Positions 27,076 to 41,004 of a DNA stretch of 64,000 nucleotides are shown here, piece after piece (within the stretch, counting starts at the first letter, position 1; each line of letters opens with the position of its first letter). The notes under the pieces are model-generated. The model saw only the letters and a list, made by a program, of their open reading frames with translations. It was not told the DNA's origin and did no database searches. Location: contig CM052827.1 in NCBI GenBank assembly GCA_028534125.1, forward strand, positions 47,802,001 to 47,866,000, read 5' to 3'. The translations under genes were made by a program, and so were the position numbers. Source of the DNA: Lama glama. Its lineage: Eukaryota.

Positions 27076-29424
27076 GCTGGAAGCTTTTAAGTTGAAATTA
27101 GTTTACAACGTTGTAGTCAATTTCTGGTATACAGCAAAGTGATTCAGTTATATTTATGTGTATATATTCGTATATTCTTTTTCAGATTATTTTCCATTAT
27201 GGTTTATTACAAGTTATTGAATATAATTCCCTATGCTATACAATAGGACCTTGTTGTTTATCAGTTTTTTATAGAGTAGTTTGTATCTGCTAATCCCAAA
27301 CTTGCAATTTATCTCCCCACCCTTTTCCCCTTTGGTAACTGTTAAGTTTGTTTTCTGTGTCTGTGAATCTGTTTCTATTTTGTGAATAAGTTCATTTGTA
27401 TTATTACTATTTTTTTTAGATTCCACATGTAAGTGATTTCGTATATTTGTCCTTTTCTGCCTTACTTCACNNNNNNNNNNNNNNNNNNNNNNNNNNNNNN
27501 NNNNNNNNNNNNNNNNNNNNNNNNNNNNNNNNNNNNNNNNNNNNNNNNNNNNNNNNNNNNNNNNNNNNNNNNNNNNNNNNNNNNNNNNNNNNNNNNNNNN
27601 NNNNNNNNNNNNNNNNNNNNNNNNNNNNNNNNNNNNNNNNNNNNNNNNNNNNNNNNNNNNNNNTCTTGTCTTTTTGTATTAATTTATTTTTTATTGAAAA
27701 GTAGTCAGTTTAAAGTGTATCAATTTCTGGTATACAGCATGTTTCAGTCATGCATGTACATAAATATATTCGTTTTCATAATTTTTGTCATTATAGTTTA
27801 CTATAAGATATCGAATATAGTTCCTTGTGCAATGCAGAAGAAACTTGTTTATCTATTTTATATATACTAGTTAGTATTTGCAAATCTTGAACTCCCAGTT
27901 TATCCCTTCCCACCCTCTTTCCCTGCATAACCATAAATTTGTTTTCTACATCTGTGAGTCTGTTTCTGTTTTGTAGATAAGCTCATTTGTGTCTTTTTTT
28001 CCTTGTTTTAGATTCCATGTATGAGTGATATGATATGGATTTTTCCTCTTTCTGGCTTACTTCACTTAGATTGACAATATCCAGATCCATTCATGTTGCT
28101 GCAAATGGCATTATTTTATTTTTTATGGCTGAGTAGTATTCCATTGTGTAAATACATCACAACTTCTTTATCCAGTCACCTGTCAATGGACACTTGGGTT
28201 GTTTCCATGTCTTGGCTATTGTAAATAGTGCTTCTGTGAACACTGGGGTGCATGTAACTTTTTGAATTAGAGTTCCATTTCCATCTGGATATATGCCAGC
28301 AATCCCACTTGCTGGATTGCTAGATCATACGATAAGTCTATTTTTAGTTTTTCAGGGGATCTTCATACTATTTTCCATAATGGCTGCACCAGACTACATT
28401 CCCACCAACAGTGTAGGAGGTTTCCCTTTTCTACACATCCTCTCCATTATTTATTGTTTGTGTTGACTTTTGAATGAGGGCCATTGTGACTGGTGTGAGG
28501 TGATACCTCGTTGTAGTTTTGATTTGCATGTCTCTGATAATTAAAGATATTGAGCATTTTTTTCATGTGCCTATTGGCCATGTGTATGTCTTTATTGGAG
28601 TAGTGTCTATTTAATTCTTTTGCCTATTTTTGGATTGGGTTTTTTTTTTAAGTTGTATGACCTGTTTATGTATTCTGGAAATTAAGCTCTTATCTTATTA
28701 TAAACATCATTAGCAAATATTTTCCCCCATTCTGTAGGATGTCTCTTTGTTTACTTTATGGTTTCCTTTCCTGTGCAAAAGGTTATAGGTTAGATTAGGT
28801 CCTGTTTGTTTATTTTTGCTGTATTTCTTTTCCTTAGGGAGACTGACCTAAAAAAACATTGCTAAGATTTATGTCAGAGAATATTTTGCCTGTATTCTTT
28901 TCTAGTAGTTTAATGGTGTCATGTCTTGTATTTAAGTCTTTAAGCCATTTTGAGTTTACTTTTGTGTATGGTGTGAGGGAGTGTCCTAACTTCATTGATT
29001 TACGTGCGGCTAATTTNNNNNNNNNNNNNNNNNNNNNNNNNNNNNNNNNNNNNNNNNNNNNNNNNNNNNNNNNNNNNNNNNNNNNNNNNNNNNNNNNNNN
29101 NNNNNNNNNNNNNNNNNNNNNNNNNNNNNNNNNNNNNNNNNNNNNNNNNNNNNNNNNNNNNNNNNNNNNNNNNNNNNNNNNNNNNNNATTCTGTAGTACT
29201 GTCTGAATGGAGGGTTATGCCACCAGCTTTGTTCTTTTTCCTGAGGATTGCTTTGGCAANNNNNNNNNNNNNNNNNNNNNNNNNNNNNNNNNNNNNNNNN
29301 NNNNNNNNNNNNNNNNNNNNNNNNNNNNNNNNNNNNNNNNNNNNNNNNNNNNNNNNNNNNNNNNNNNNNNNNNNNNNNNNNNNNNNNNNNNNNNNNNNNN
29401 NNNNNNNNNNNNNNNNNNNNATCT
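26952..29424 (-). mobile_element. Composite L1 block (3' UTRs plus distal ORF2) bounded by a 14-bp TSD
   Basis: aggaatagcctctt at 26938-26951 and 29425-29438. Poly(T) at the left edge. L1 motifs such as ggctattgtaaatagtg and tgactggtgtgaggtgatacctc. Confidence 0.9.
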
Positions 29425-29438
29425 AGGAATAGCCTCTT

Positions 29439-29985
29439 ACTTGGTTTTATCCAGCAAGATGCCACGTATGACGTTGTAATGTAAGTACATAAGGATTAGC
29501 TTTTTTGATTGTAATATAAGTGCCTGATATTAAAGCTTTTGATTGCCAAGTCATCCACTTCAAAGACCTTCATCTCCAATAAACTACTGCCACCTAGGCA
29601 ACTAGAAAAAGGCCACCCCACCCATGAAGTTCCCCTTTTAGAAAGGCCTCAGTAACCTCCAGAACTGAGGGCTTGAGTGACGCTGCTTCTCCCTTCCAGC
29701 ACCTTAATTCCTGCTCTTAATGTTTTAAATTCACCAGTAACTAGTGAGTCTGTGAAACACCAGGCACCCCACTTCCAACGTCAGCAAAAGCAGAACCCCA
29801 GGTCCGTACTCTCTCTCTTTCTATCCAGGACCTGGCTGTGTGGCCCTGGGTATGCTGTGTATGTTTTAGGGCCTGTGGGGGAAACCTTGCTTTTTTTTTT
29901 TTTTTTTTCAAAGTTCCCTGATGCCTGTTGCTGAGGTGCGTCTTGCAATCATAATAAGAACCACAAAGGCTGATCCGGCCACAAC
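29439..29985 (+). mobile_element. LTR-like element, 3' part (probably split by the L1 block; 5' end undefined)
   Basis: LTR-like R/U5 composition ending ...ggccacaaca. Confidence 0.45.
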
Positions 29986-32900
29986 ATAGGCTCTGGCTGG
30001 GGACAAGTCTATGGGGGGGGGGACGCTTATCACAGTAGGGGGTCCCTGGTGAGTGCACCCAGGCATTCCTAGCTGATAACATCATTGTTCACAGGCTGGA
30101 TGGATACCAAACAGACACAGATACGGGGATATAGAGGCCATCTCTAGGGTATCAAGACCTCATTCTAAGCAGCCTGTAGTTTTGCAGGCCTTCGGATGAC
30201 ACTTCTGCCCCTAAGTAGGAGCACAGAAAGTCTTGTCATGTCACGTTCTGTGCAGTCACCAAAGACCCAGTAAAATCTTTCTCCATGGCTTCCAGCCTGG
30301 GTTTCTGGAACCAGGCTTTGTCTAACCCTGTGACAACACCCAGACTTTTGATCTCAGAGCATTGCTGGTGAAGATCCCAGAGAGGAATCTCACAGAGTGA
30401 GGCACCCAGGATGACAAGCCAACAGCCATGCTGGTCCCCTCACCCATCTGTCTTCTTTTCCAAGGAGGACTAGTTCAGCAATCCCTTCACCCAGAAATGG
30501 TTCCCAGAAACATGCAGGCAAACTGCCACAGGTTCCATTTCCCATTTGCAGAGTCTGTTGGTCTGGGGAGGGTTTCATGCTTCATCAATAGAGTCTTTTT
30601 CCTAAGTGCTGGTTTCATTTCTTTGCAATATGGGCTTACATACATCTTTTCCATAAAGCTCTCCAAGCCTCGCCCTCACATGGGTTCATTCTTCTGAAAC
30701 ATGGCCTGGGAACGGCTTCCTTAACCATTCAGGATGAGAGAAGATTGAAGCCCTAGTAAAAATAATGAGGGCAAAAGCCAGAGGATCCAGAGTTGGAAAG
30801 ACTTTTTTTTTTTTTTAAACTCAAACCACCAGGGTTTAATCACTTGAGGACATTCTCTATTCTGGAGCTGAACAGAGTGATCCTCAAACAAACTGAAGGC
30901 ATTGAGATTGGGAAGGATTATCTCTGGGGCTCCCAGCCTGTGTCTCAGTCAGGAAGATGTTGGACACACTTGTGCGGTGGAGGTATGGCTGGAAAGCTGA
31001 TCCCGAGGGTGAGGGGTCCATAGGTCATATCAGATAGTTGGAGTTGATAATATGTATGAAGCCCAGCAAAGCATTCTGGGAGGATTTAAGGAAGAGACTG
31101 CCAAAGGATACTGAGGATAGACCAAACTAAAGGCTGACCCAAAGTGGCTGCTAAATTCCTCATCTCTTACTGGGTGAAAGCATGGGGGAAGTCAGTCTTC
31201 ACCCTCATCATGGCCTCCACAAGACCTGCTAAGTAAAGTTTTACCCTTTGAGTGTTAAAACTAATGAGTCTTTCTGTGGTAACAACTTCAGTTGGATGTG
31301 GGTCCTTCTATTGGAGTGTAAGCACAAACCAAACTTAATACTTCATGACAAAGGAATACTGGCCAAAAAAAGAGTTTCTGAAATAGTATTGGTTCACAGG
31401 CCTGGGGATACTATTTACCCAAACTCATTCAACTAAACCTTCAACAATGACTCATCAACATGTACTGAAAATCTGTCCTGTGCAGGACATAGTCCTGGAT
31501 GTCGGTGATATAGTCCATACAACTTAGGAGTTCACAGCCGCATGTGGAGAAGGAGCAGAAACAGAAATAATTAGTGTAGTGTGTTGCAGAAATGCCACAG
31601 TAGAGACAAACACGGATTCTCTGGGAGCAGAGGAGAGAAGTATTTGGCTCAGTCCAGAGGTCAGGGAAGACCTCCTGGGGGCAATGCTAGATGGTTAAAA
31701 GCAAGAATGCTTCACACAGACATAGGATAAGCTGAGGACCAGTGATTGAAATCAGGGTGGCTGTAATGATGCTCTAAGGAAATGCAGTAGTCCACTGCTC
31801 CCTGATTCAGTATGCTTGTGGAATTCTGGGAAATTTCAGATCAGCAGATGTGAATCTGGAATATTAGGAAAGAACAAGACTTGGTGTAAGATTTAGAGTC
31901 CAAGGAAGCAGGTACCATTAGACATATGGAAGCTCAGTTTGATACAAAAAAAAAAAAGTGCCAGCCAGCACTGGAGCTACAGGAGGCAGCGTCATGGAGA
32001 CACGGAAGGCATACATCATCATGTCAGATCCTTTTCATCCACATTTATCCCAGAAAGGATTGCAGGAACCCGAGCAGAACTTCAGCCCCTCTTGCCTATA
32101 TCTGGAGAGCGAGACCATGTATGGCCACGTCATCTTCACACCGGGAACCCGATGACGCAAATGTGTGCAGACACTTAACCCACCACAGAAAAGCCAAGCA
32201 ATGAGTGAAAAGGTCACTTGTGGGGAGGTGTGAGTTGTGCAGGGAAAGCCAAATCGTAGAAGAGTTACCCACGCCGGGGCCAAGGCAAGCAGGATTCCGC
32301 AGGGGCCGTCTTGCCTGTTCAGTTCAGGCATTTCATAAGCCCACACTCCAGAGTGCTAGCAAGACCCAGCAATCCCAAATTATGAGTTATTTAACTTGGC
32401 CTTTAGCATGACTAGCTCTTTTGTGACTTGGCCGTTCTTGGGGATGTCGCACCTTAATTCTATTGGGCTTTATGAAGAATATTTTTTTAGGTGCATTTTA
32501 TACTTTGAATGACATAGTCCTTTCTGTTCAGAGACACAGTGAAAGAAGAACCAGTAGGAGGAGGTAAATTCATTCCAGCTCATTATCTCAGGGAAAATGC
32601 TGCTTTGTAAAGAGTGGTAGTAGAGGAGCATGAGCTCCCGCGGGACACGCTGTTCCCCACAAAAGCCATCTTTTTTCTCGTACTGCATGAAGCAGTAGAC
32701 CTGATCTGAACTAGGAGACATTCTGGAGTAACCCTTAGACTTAAGTGAAAAGCATTTCTTTTTGGCTCCCCCAAATGCCCACTTCAGGAAACTCACAGGA
32801 CGAGATTTATTGGATTTTTAAGCCTGAGACCCATTATCTAGTCCAAGGGAGTGCAGATTTCACAGGCCGTCTAAGCACAGAGCGGAGTGCCGCTGTGATT

Positions 32901-35327
32901 ACAGGAGAGCTGGGAGCCGACCTGAAGACACGATCCAGAAATCTGGAACAGTGAGAAACGAGCAGAGATTTCTTGTAGAGCCCGGAGGAAGCAACCCTCC
33001 AGGAGACTGGGTCTTCTAACTCACTTTTATAGGTCAGGAGATGACAGAACAAAATGTACTCTTATTTGATTTCAATTGACTTTCCCCGGGAAGCAGAGAT
33101 TTTTATTAGCATGTTTTGCTTCTGGAGAAGCTAGTCTCTGGGCCATATCCAGTGCTTTTCCTGCTACACCAGGGAAGGTAGCACACAGGGAACACAGCCT
33201 GGACATATTTTAAAAAGGCCTGGATTTGACCCTATAGTTCTGCAAAATGGAGATGATAGCCCACCACCTAGATTATTGAAAGATAACATAATCCAAAGCC
33301 TTACTCTCAGTGAGGGTCGTGTAATAGGCAGTTGATAAATGCTAGTTGTGCTGGTGTTTGTCCACTGGTCTTCCTGATAGAAAATAACATGTTAGTGACA
33401 ACTGTTTCGAAAAAGACGTGACTAGAATGGCATGACTGTCGGCTCCATTAAAGCTGATCTGGGGAACTTTGAAGCAGTGAGAATCTTGCCCTCGTCAGGT
33501 TGCAATTGGGAGGAGTCCCCCCCCCCCCCCGTATACTGGGTACCTAGGAGTGCTGCTTTGGTGTCTCACTAGCCGGGTCATTCACGAGAATGAGTGCGAC
33601 ATTGGGCTGAAATGGTAAAATGATAGAGGGTTCCTGTTCCAGCCCTGCCTCTAGTCAGCTGTACTGCAGTCTTCTGACCTTTTTGGGCCTCGTTTTCCTG
33701 ACTTTAAAATAGAGACGTTCCACGAGGTGATTTCTGAGGTGTCTGTCATCTCTGAGTCTCCATGAAAGACAGCTGGATCTCATCCATGATTTTTGGGGTC
33801 AGTCTTTGGAATAGAGCCTGCTTAAAGAAATAAGTAAAAAGAAAGAGCAAGAGTAAGCTCAAAAATCTCACTTGTGTAGAAAGGAAAACTTGGCTATCTT
33901 ATCTCTGCCCAAACCCTTCTAAATGTTTCTGAGTGAGTTTTTGTTGAAATGTCAGTTCTTCTTCACAGCCACGACCCTCCAAGAAATATAAAACCCCAAA
34001 GGTGTTTACCTTTAAGCATTTGGTAGTGAAGATTCCTGGATTTAGAACCAGAACCCAAGTTCCTTTACCTTCACCTTCTCTGAACCTCAGTTTCCTTCAT
34101 CTATAAAATAGAAATAATGATAACTTTCTTTTACTTCTGAAAGGAGAAGAACTCAATTACTAGGGTTTGAGGAGTATTTATCGTGTGTGTGTGTGTATGT
34201 GTGTGTCTGTTCCCCTCGTGGATTGTAATACTCAAGGATAGGAGTTTTTCTTTAAATTGTTGGTGGTATGTAGCACAGACTGCAATCACAACAGGTGGTA
34301 AATGAATTATGAGTTGACTTGATGTGATAAGGATTACAGATTTTCTGTACCTGTTCACTTTTTTAATTTACAAAATTACTCTTGCTTGTTTTAACAAAAT
34401 GAAATGCCAACACATACTCAGTAAAAATAATTCCCCCCCCCCCCGGCATACTATTGTCAGTTCTTCAGCATTTGTCTTTCCAGATTCTTCCCCTAAGTCT
34501 GTTCAGCCCACATACTCACATATCTACTCACACTTACACATATTCTCATAGGTTTTTTATATCCTGCCTTTCTTTTCTTTGTTTTTAACCCCAAAGTGAT
34601 AGTATCACATGTACTATTTTATGGATAGCTCTTAAAAATTAATTTCATTAATCCCATAGTTGGCTCTATAATACTTCATAATATGATGTACTATAATTTT
34701 TATCCAGTTCTCTGCAGATAAACATTTAGGTTGCTTCTATTTTATTTTTTTATTCATCTTGCAAATTCAAACAAGGCTTTGATAAAATGAAAAAAAATAT
34801 TTTGGTCACTTACATGCATTAAATCTTAAGAGAATCTTTGGCTCTAGCCATTATAGGTTGAATCTGCTGGAAAATGTGCTGTAGATTCCAAAGATAGACT
34901 TGGCTCTTAGTGGCTTATCAAGGCTTCTCCAGCTCTCACCTAATCCTCAAATGAGCAAAGCTTACTCAACAGCTGCCACCAGCCCTGGTTTCCCCAAATG
35001 GGTCATCTCATGGGCTGCAGCAGACCTGACCATGAACACATGAGGTGGTGGCTCCAATAGCCACCCCCTCTTCCACAGATGCGCGGGACCGGGGTGGGGT
35101 GCTCCCTGCCTCTAACCATACATAGACAATTTTAGCAGCAGCTTGCCTGGCATCTGTTTCACCAGGTTCTTAATCTCAGTGCCATTAGTAATTGACACCA
35201 TAAATAAGATCACCGGTGAGTGCCTGGAATCTTGGGATGGGCCAGGAATTTGACCTGGAGATTCTGAGGGATCCGACAAGAGCAGTCTTGTGGTAAATTA
35301 ATATCTGTGGCAAAAAAGGGTGACTCC

Positions 35328-37054
35328 AGCACATAGCTAAGTGGACACGCAGGTTTCCCAGTCTGGAGGTGCTCCACAAATAAGATAAGGTTTCCTTACG
35401 TATCTCTGGGATTATCTGTAGTCATGGTTACAGCATGTGATAGCTGCAAGTGCCTTCTATAACTAGGGGAGTGGGTCTTCGCACTTCAGGCTCTAGGCCA
35501 GAGGTTGCAAACTGGTGGCATGTTGTCAGTAAACATGTAAAATGCTAAATATGTAAAAAAATAATTTGCCAATGTTTAAAAATTGGGATATTTTATGTAA
35601 AAGTCTGTACTTCTGTTATCTCTTCAGAAAAAAGCAAAGATTTGGTACCACTGAGGACACAAGTTTCTCATGGGTGCCAAATAAGGCTGCCTTCTGCAGA
35701 AGGGTTGTGAGCTCTTCAGTTTGACAGAATCCACATCTGGTTCTGTCTCTCTGGCTTTGGAATCTGTGAATTTGGGCCTCTGGCTTGGATGTGATGACAT
35801 TTACAACTCAGAAATTCTGTTGCTACTTACTGCTAAGCAGAAGAACTAACCACTCACACAATATGAATTTAGTGGCAAACTTCAGGGCTCCCAGCTCTCA
35901 GATAGTTGTTTCATTTACCGAGAGGGCAAAAAATGCCAACATTAAGATTCCCTTGATAAGTAATAGCCTATTCTAGCAGAATTATTGTCTCCATCCCCCA
36001 GATCAATAAACTGAGGCTCAGAGAAGTTAAGTAAATCGCCAGGGTCACGGAGGTACTAGCTGGTAAAGTCAGTATTTGGACACAGGCAGTGTCTCTCCAG
36101 AAGCTATGCCTGGAATCACTAAACCTCGCTTCATCAGTCCCTTCCAAAAATGAAAATGCCTCCAGGTAAAGGGAGACTTGGAGTGCCCATCAGCTGATGC
36201 CAAAGGATAATTAGTTGACAGCTATGTCTTCGCTTGTAAGTCCATGAGGGTGTAGAGCGGACCTGAAGGAGGGTGGGAAGAAGCTGAGATGAACCTTCCA
36301 GTGAAAGATCACAACTGCACAGAAAGAAAGGCAGGGGAGTGTGGGATTCACAGAACAGGGCGGATACGAGAAATACTAACTTGCTGATAAAGAGCAGAAG
36401 GCAGAACCACATCTCACCAACCTGATCAAAGGGATTTTAGGTGAAAGATGAGGGTGAGGTTGGGGTTGACATCAACATGCAGAAGAAGCAGCAGCTCGTG
36501 GAAAAGAATGATAAAGCTTTCTTCGCTAGAACACATGCGATCATTTGGAGAATGCGTAGAAGGTGTGGCAGACGTGAGGGGGAGCAGAGCTCCTCAATTT
36601 CTGACAAGTTCTCATTTTCTTCACCAAGGAGAAGTGTGTTAACTGTACAACGTAGAACAGATGTAATGAAAAGGGGCTTGAAGGCCAAGATAGGTGGGAG
36701 GAGAGAATTAGCATCCTAGTGAGAAGGCAGGCACGGCTGGGCGGGCCAAACGGAGCTTTTGGAGTTGGACAGACCTGGGTTTGCCTCCTGACTCAGCCTG
36801 ACTCTGGTTGTGTAACCTTGGTCAGCCTTCTTCTCTGAACCTCAGTTTTCATGGTGGGGATTATGTGAGGCATGTGTGTGAAATGCCTGGCACACAGCAG
36901 GCTCTGAGCACAGAGCTGAGTGGGCACGCAGGTTTCTCAGCCTGGAGGGACTCCATAAGTGGGATAAAGTTTCCTGACCTATCACTGGGATTATTTGTAG
37001 TCATGGTGACAGTATTTGGTAGCTGCAAGTGCTTTCTGTGACTCGGGGAGTGGG
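35328..37054 (+). repeat. Diverged direct repeat pair, 148 bp (35328-35475 and 36907-37054)
   Basis: Manual ungapped alignment with 24 mismatches in 148 nt (~84%), offset 1579 nt. Confidence 0.9.
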
Positions 37055-38050
37055 ATTTCAGACGCCAGAAAGTTCAGTTCTTTAGATCAAGATGAATCAT
37101 ACCCCAGATAGCAGAATAATTTATAAAGATGAGGAAGCTGTTCTTGGTAATGGTTAAGAGATCACAAATACTGAGAGAGGTCCTTGAAAAACTGGAGACG
37201 GGCAAATGTCATTATTTTGACAGAGGGGTTGGAAGAGAGTTTAAATACTATAGATTTGGTGTCAAACCCAGGCAAAATTCCAGAATATATTAATCAGCAG
37301 TTGGTTTGAGAGTCCTTAGAAAAGACAGCAAGGATTACTAGAAGTCCGCCCAAGATTGTTAAGAAAAAAGTTATTCTAAGCAAATCCTCTTCTAACTTTT
37401 GTCTCAAGTCACCAAATTAAGTGATTAGGTGAATGCTGTGGATTAGCTGATCACACTATGGATGTGACGTTTGACAAGAATTTCAAGATATTTTGTGGAC
37501 AAGATGATGGACTTGAATGATAATTCAGTCCAAGCCTGTAGAACTCAAGTACCCTGGGTGAGAAGACACTCTTGTGAATTATCTAGAAGGAGCCTTAGGG
37601 CCATGCCCCAGGGTTCTCTACTTGGCCTTATCCTCATTGACATCTTTGTCATCAGTTTGGATGAAAATAGATTACATGTCAGAAAAACTCATCGCTCACA
37701 AAAACTGAAAGAGGGAAATAATACATTGAGTGAAATAAGATTGAATAATATATTGCCCATCGTCAAAAATGGACCAATAATGACAATCAGCAAGACTATC
37801 AGAGGTGCATATTCATTTTTACTTTAAAACTTGAAAATTTGCAGTTCTTGAAAGTACAGAAAGGGAGAGAACTATGTTGAAAGAAGTACATGTGACAAAA
37901 GATCTGTATCTTTGTTCTCAGAGTTGTTGACTGAAATTTCAATGTAAGTCAGAGTATGCTGTGACTCCTTAGACAGACTCAATTTCAGGCTGAAGTGACC
38001 AGACGAAGTGAAGTGATACGTTGATTGGATTCCAGTTGGACCATGTCTGC
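36420..38050 (+). mobile_element. CR1/L3 LINE fossil (ORF2 RT region), interrupted by a MIR
   Basis: ORF 37471-37827 contains MPQGSLLGLILIDIFVISLDE, a decayed CR1 RT motif GVPQGSVLGPxLFNIFINDLD. Boundaries approximate. Confidence 0.7.
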
Positions 38051-39764
38051 AGTAGTAGTAGCAATAAAGATGTGGTTAGTGGTAATAGTAGCTAATGCGT
38101 CTTGAGCACTTTTCCTGTACCTGGCACTGTGTTTGTATGTGAATGAATTAGTCTGATATGTATAGTAGTGTTAGCTAATGGCTAAAACAACTCTAAAATC
38201 TCAATGGCTTAATTCATAAAATTTCATTCTTGTTTATGTTACACACCAATGTGGGTCAGGAGAGAGATGGGCGTGAAGGGACGCTATCATGCAGAGATGC
38301 AGGCTCTGTTTTTCCTGTGGTTTCATCCTCCTCCTTGGAATTCTCTCCATTTAACAGGCAGATGGAAAGAGAGAAGGAAAATCATACACAAGAAACTGGG
38401 GCGTTGTGGGGGTGGGCAGAACAGATCAGAAAGTGGTATTTGTCACTTCTGCCCACCTTTCATTTTTCTGGAACTCATGGATATGCCTCCTCTAACTGCC
38501 AGGGAAACTGGGACATGTACTCCAGCTGCGCTCCCAAGAGGTTGAGCAGAACACAGATACTGGTACGCATGAACAGTCTGGATCATTTCTTTTAATATTC
38601 GACACACGTGGGTGAGGTAGATGCTGCAGTCAACCCCATTTTAAAGAAGGGAAAAACCAATTCAGTGGTGTAAGTTCAAATCTGTGTATTATACTTAAGC
38701 ATAAGGGCAAGTTTCATGTTTCAAGGGAACGGAGCCAATCTCTTTATAGATGTCATGTGAGTTTGACAGAGCTATTTAGGTATAACTTGGAAGGGAGAAG
38801 ACGAATGGATGCTAGGATAAATAGCTTCCAATAGCTGAAGAGTTGACTTAAAGTACAAGAAATTATTTCCTAGAAGTGAGAGTCATTCTCATGATTCCTG
38901 GCATTGCTAAGAGCTCCTTGTCCCTGAAGAGCTTCTAAGGGGGCAGCAGTATTTTTTAAGGATATTGTTATAGAGACTCCCCCAGAAGCTTTGGTTCTGT
39001 GGTTTTATGGGGAAAAGACACAATACCTATATTACGTTTTTACTATGGGCTGTCACCTTCTCACTTGGCATCATGGGTGGAAACAGGCTTCTCCACATTT
39101 ACCATGCAAGCACTGCAAAGTTTTTTTTGATTCAGATTAACAGAGCAGGGTGTGTATGTGTGAAGTTGTGAGGGTGGTGGTCAAGAGGAAGTAGGCTATA
39201 AGAAAGTCAGACTGAATTAGGTGTTAAGAATGGATAAAATAATACTTGAAAAATAAAATCTGGTTTTATTTTATTATTTTCAACCTGATTACATGTTAAC
39301 CTCTTTTTATATCTCTTTTCAGTGACTAAGCCTCGTTTATTGTGTGTATTCTTTTTTGATAAATGAATCAATGCTTCTCAATAGGTAAATAATTTTTATT
39401 TTTCACTGAAGTGGGTTAATAGCAGATTTCCCCATATTCTTGTTCTTTGCCCCCACTAATTGGTTTAGATCGTCTATCTCAATATGCACTGGAAATGAAA
39501 ACTAAATTTCAGGCCCTGTTTTAAGCATTAGAAACTCTGAACTGTGGCCCTTTACATGAATGAGAAACATATATTAAAAATAATCTTTGTTCCTTAAGGC
39601 ACATCTTTGAAGAATTTCTACTGAAATCTCACTGAGGTGGAAACAACAAAATAAACCTGAACTGACTTTGAAAACATCCGTTCATTTGGATTCATGCCTA
39701 CCTAGGATTGGGCCTTTTATTTTTGCCTTCCCTCTTCTCTTCTGCCCTTCATCTGCTTATTCTT

Positions 39765-40035
39765 TTCTTTTTTTTTTTTTAATTTAATTTTTAAAAATTT
39801 AAGTATAGCCAGTTACAATGTGTCAGTTTCTGGTGTATAGCATAAAGTTTCAATCATATGTCCATGTCCATATATTCATTTTCATATTCTTTTTCATTAA
39901 AGGTTATTATAAAATATTGAATATAGTTAGTTCCCTGTGCTATACAGAAGAAATTTTTTCAAATCTATTTTTTTTAGTGGTTTTATAGTGGTTAACATTT
40001 GCAAATCTCAAACTCTCAGATTTACCCTTAAGTTT
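39765..40035 (-). mobile_element. Short L1 3' terminal fragment
   Basis: Poly(T) then tacaatgtgtcagtttctggtgtatagc...ttccctgtgctatacagaagaaa. Confidence 0.85.
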
Positions 40036-41004
40036 GTGCTTTTTCTGATCTTCCTTCTCCCTCCTACGAATGGCAGCAGTGATTCCATGTCCTGGGCTCT
40101 AGAGTCCTAAGAAAGCTTGAGAAGAAGTTTCTGGAACTGGGGGATGGCATTGAACCCCCAGAATAACGATTTGCTGACATGATGAACATTTGCAATGATT
40201 CACTTGAAGGACTTTATTGGTGTTGTGTAGATCCAGTCCTCCTGGAGAAGGCCCGAGGGCGTGGGCTGGAGTTCCTGCTCTGCCTTTTATGAGCTGTGGG
40301 AATTTGGGCAAGTGGTTTAACCTTTCAAAATCTCGATTTCTGCATTTCGAAATGAGAATAGTAAGATGAGCCAACTTGTCTTCACCCACTTCTCAGAGGG
40401 ATGGGTCCACATTGCGATGTCTGTGAATGTTCTTGGTAAGTGAGAAGGTGCTTTCCTGGTGTCGCTCCCTCCTCCCTGACCTCCATTTCTTTCCTTCTTT
40501 ATTTTTTCATTCTTTTCTTTAAAATTATTTTCATGGCTCTTTCCAGCCAAAAGAGACTTCATTTTTAAACAATTTCCCCTGAATGACCCTGAATGGAGTT
40601 ATGTCTCCAAGACTGGGTGAGTCTCCTCTCCTGGGCTCCAAAAACCCATAGCTGAGTTGGGCAGCCACAGAAGCATTCTGTGGAAATGTTTCCCTTCCTC
40701 AGAGACAGGACAAGGGCATCTTCAGTAAGCAGAACTTCTGTGTCCAGGGCCAGGCAGAATGGCCAATTCCAACAGAAGCTGTTTTGTTCTTTGAGAAAGC
40801 CATGGCTCAAAAACAATTTCCTTCAAATTCCAGGAAGATGTTGGGCTAGTTGAATGCCTTGCAGCAAAGCGTCAGGAAGGGGTCTGGCTTTGGCACCAAC
40901 TCAATGTGAAGTTTGATGTGGCGGCCATGAAAATGCACATCACACCCTTCAGACACAGGGAGAAGAACTGACCAAGGGCTTAAATGCTGCATCTTGAAAT
41001 CCAC

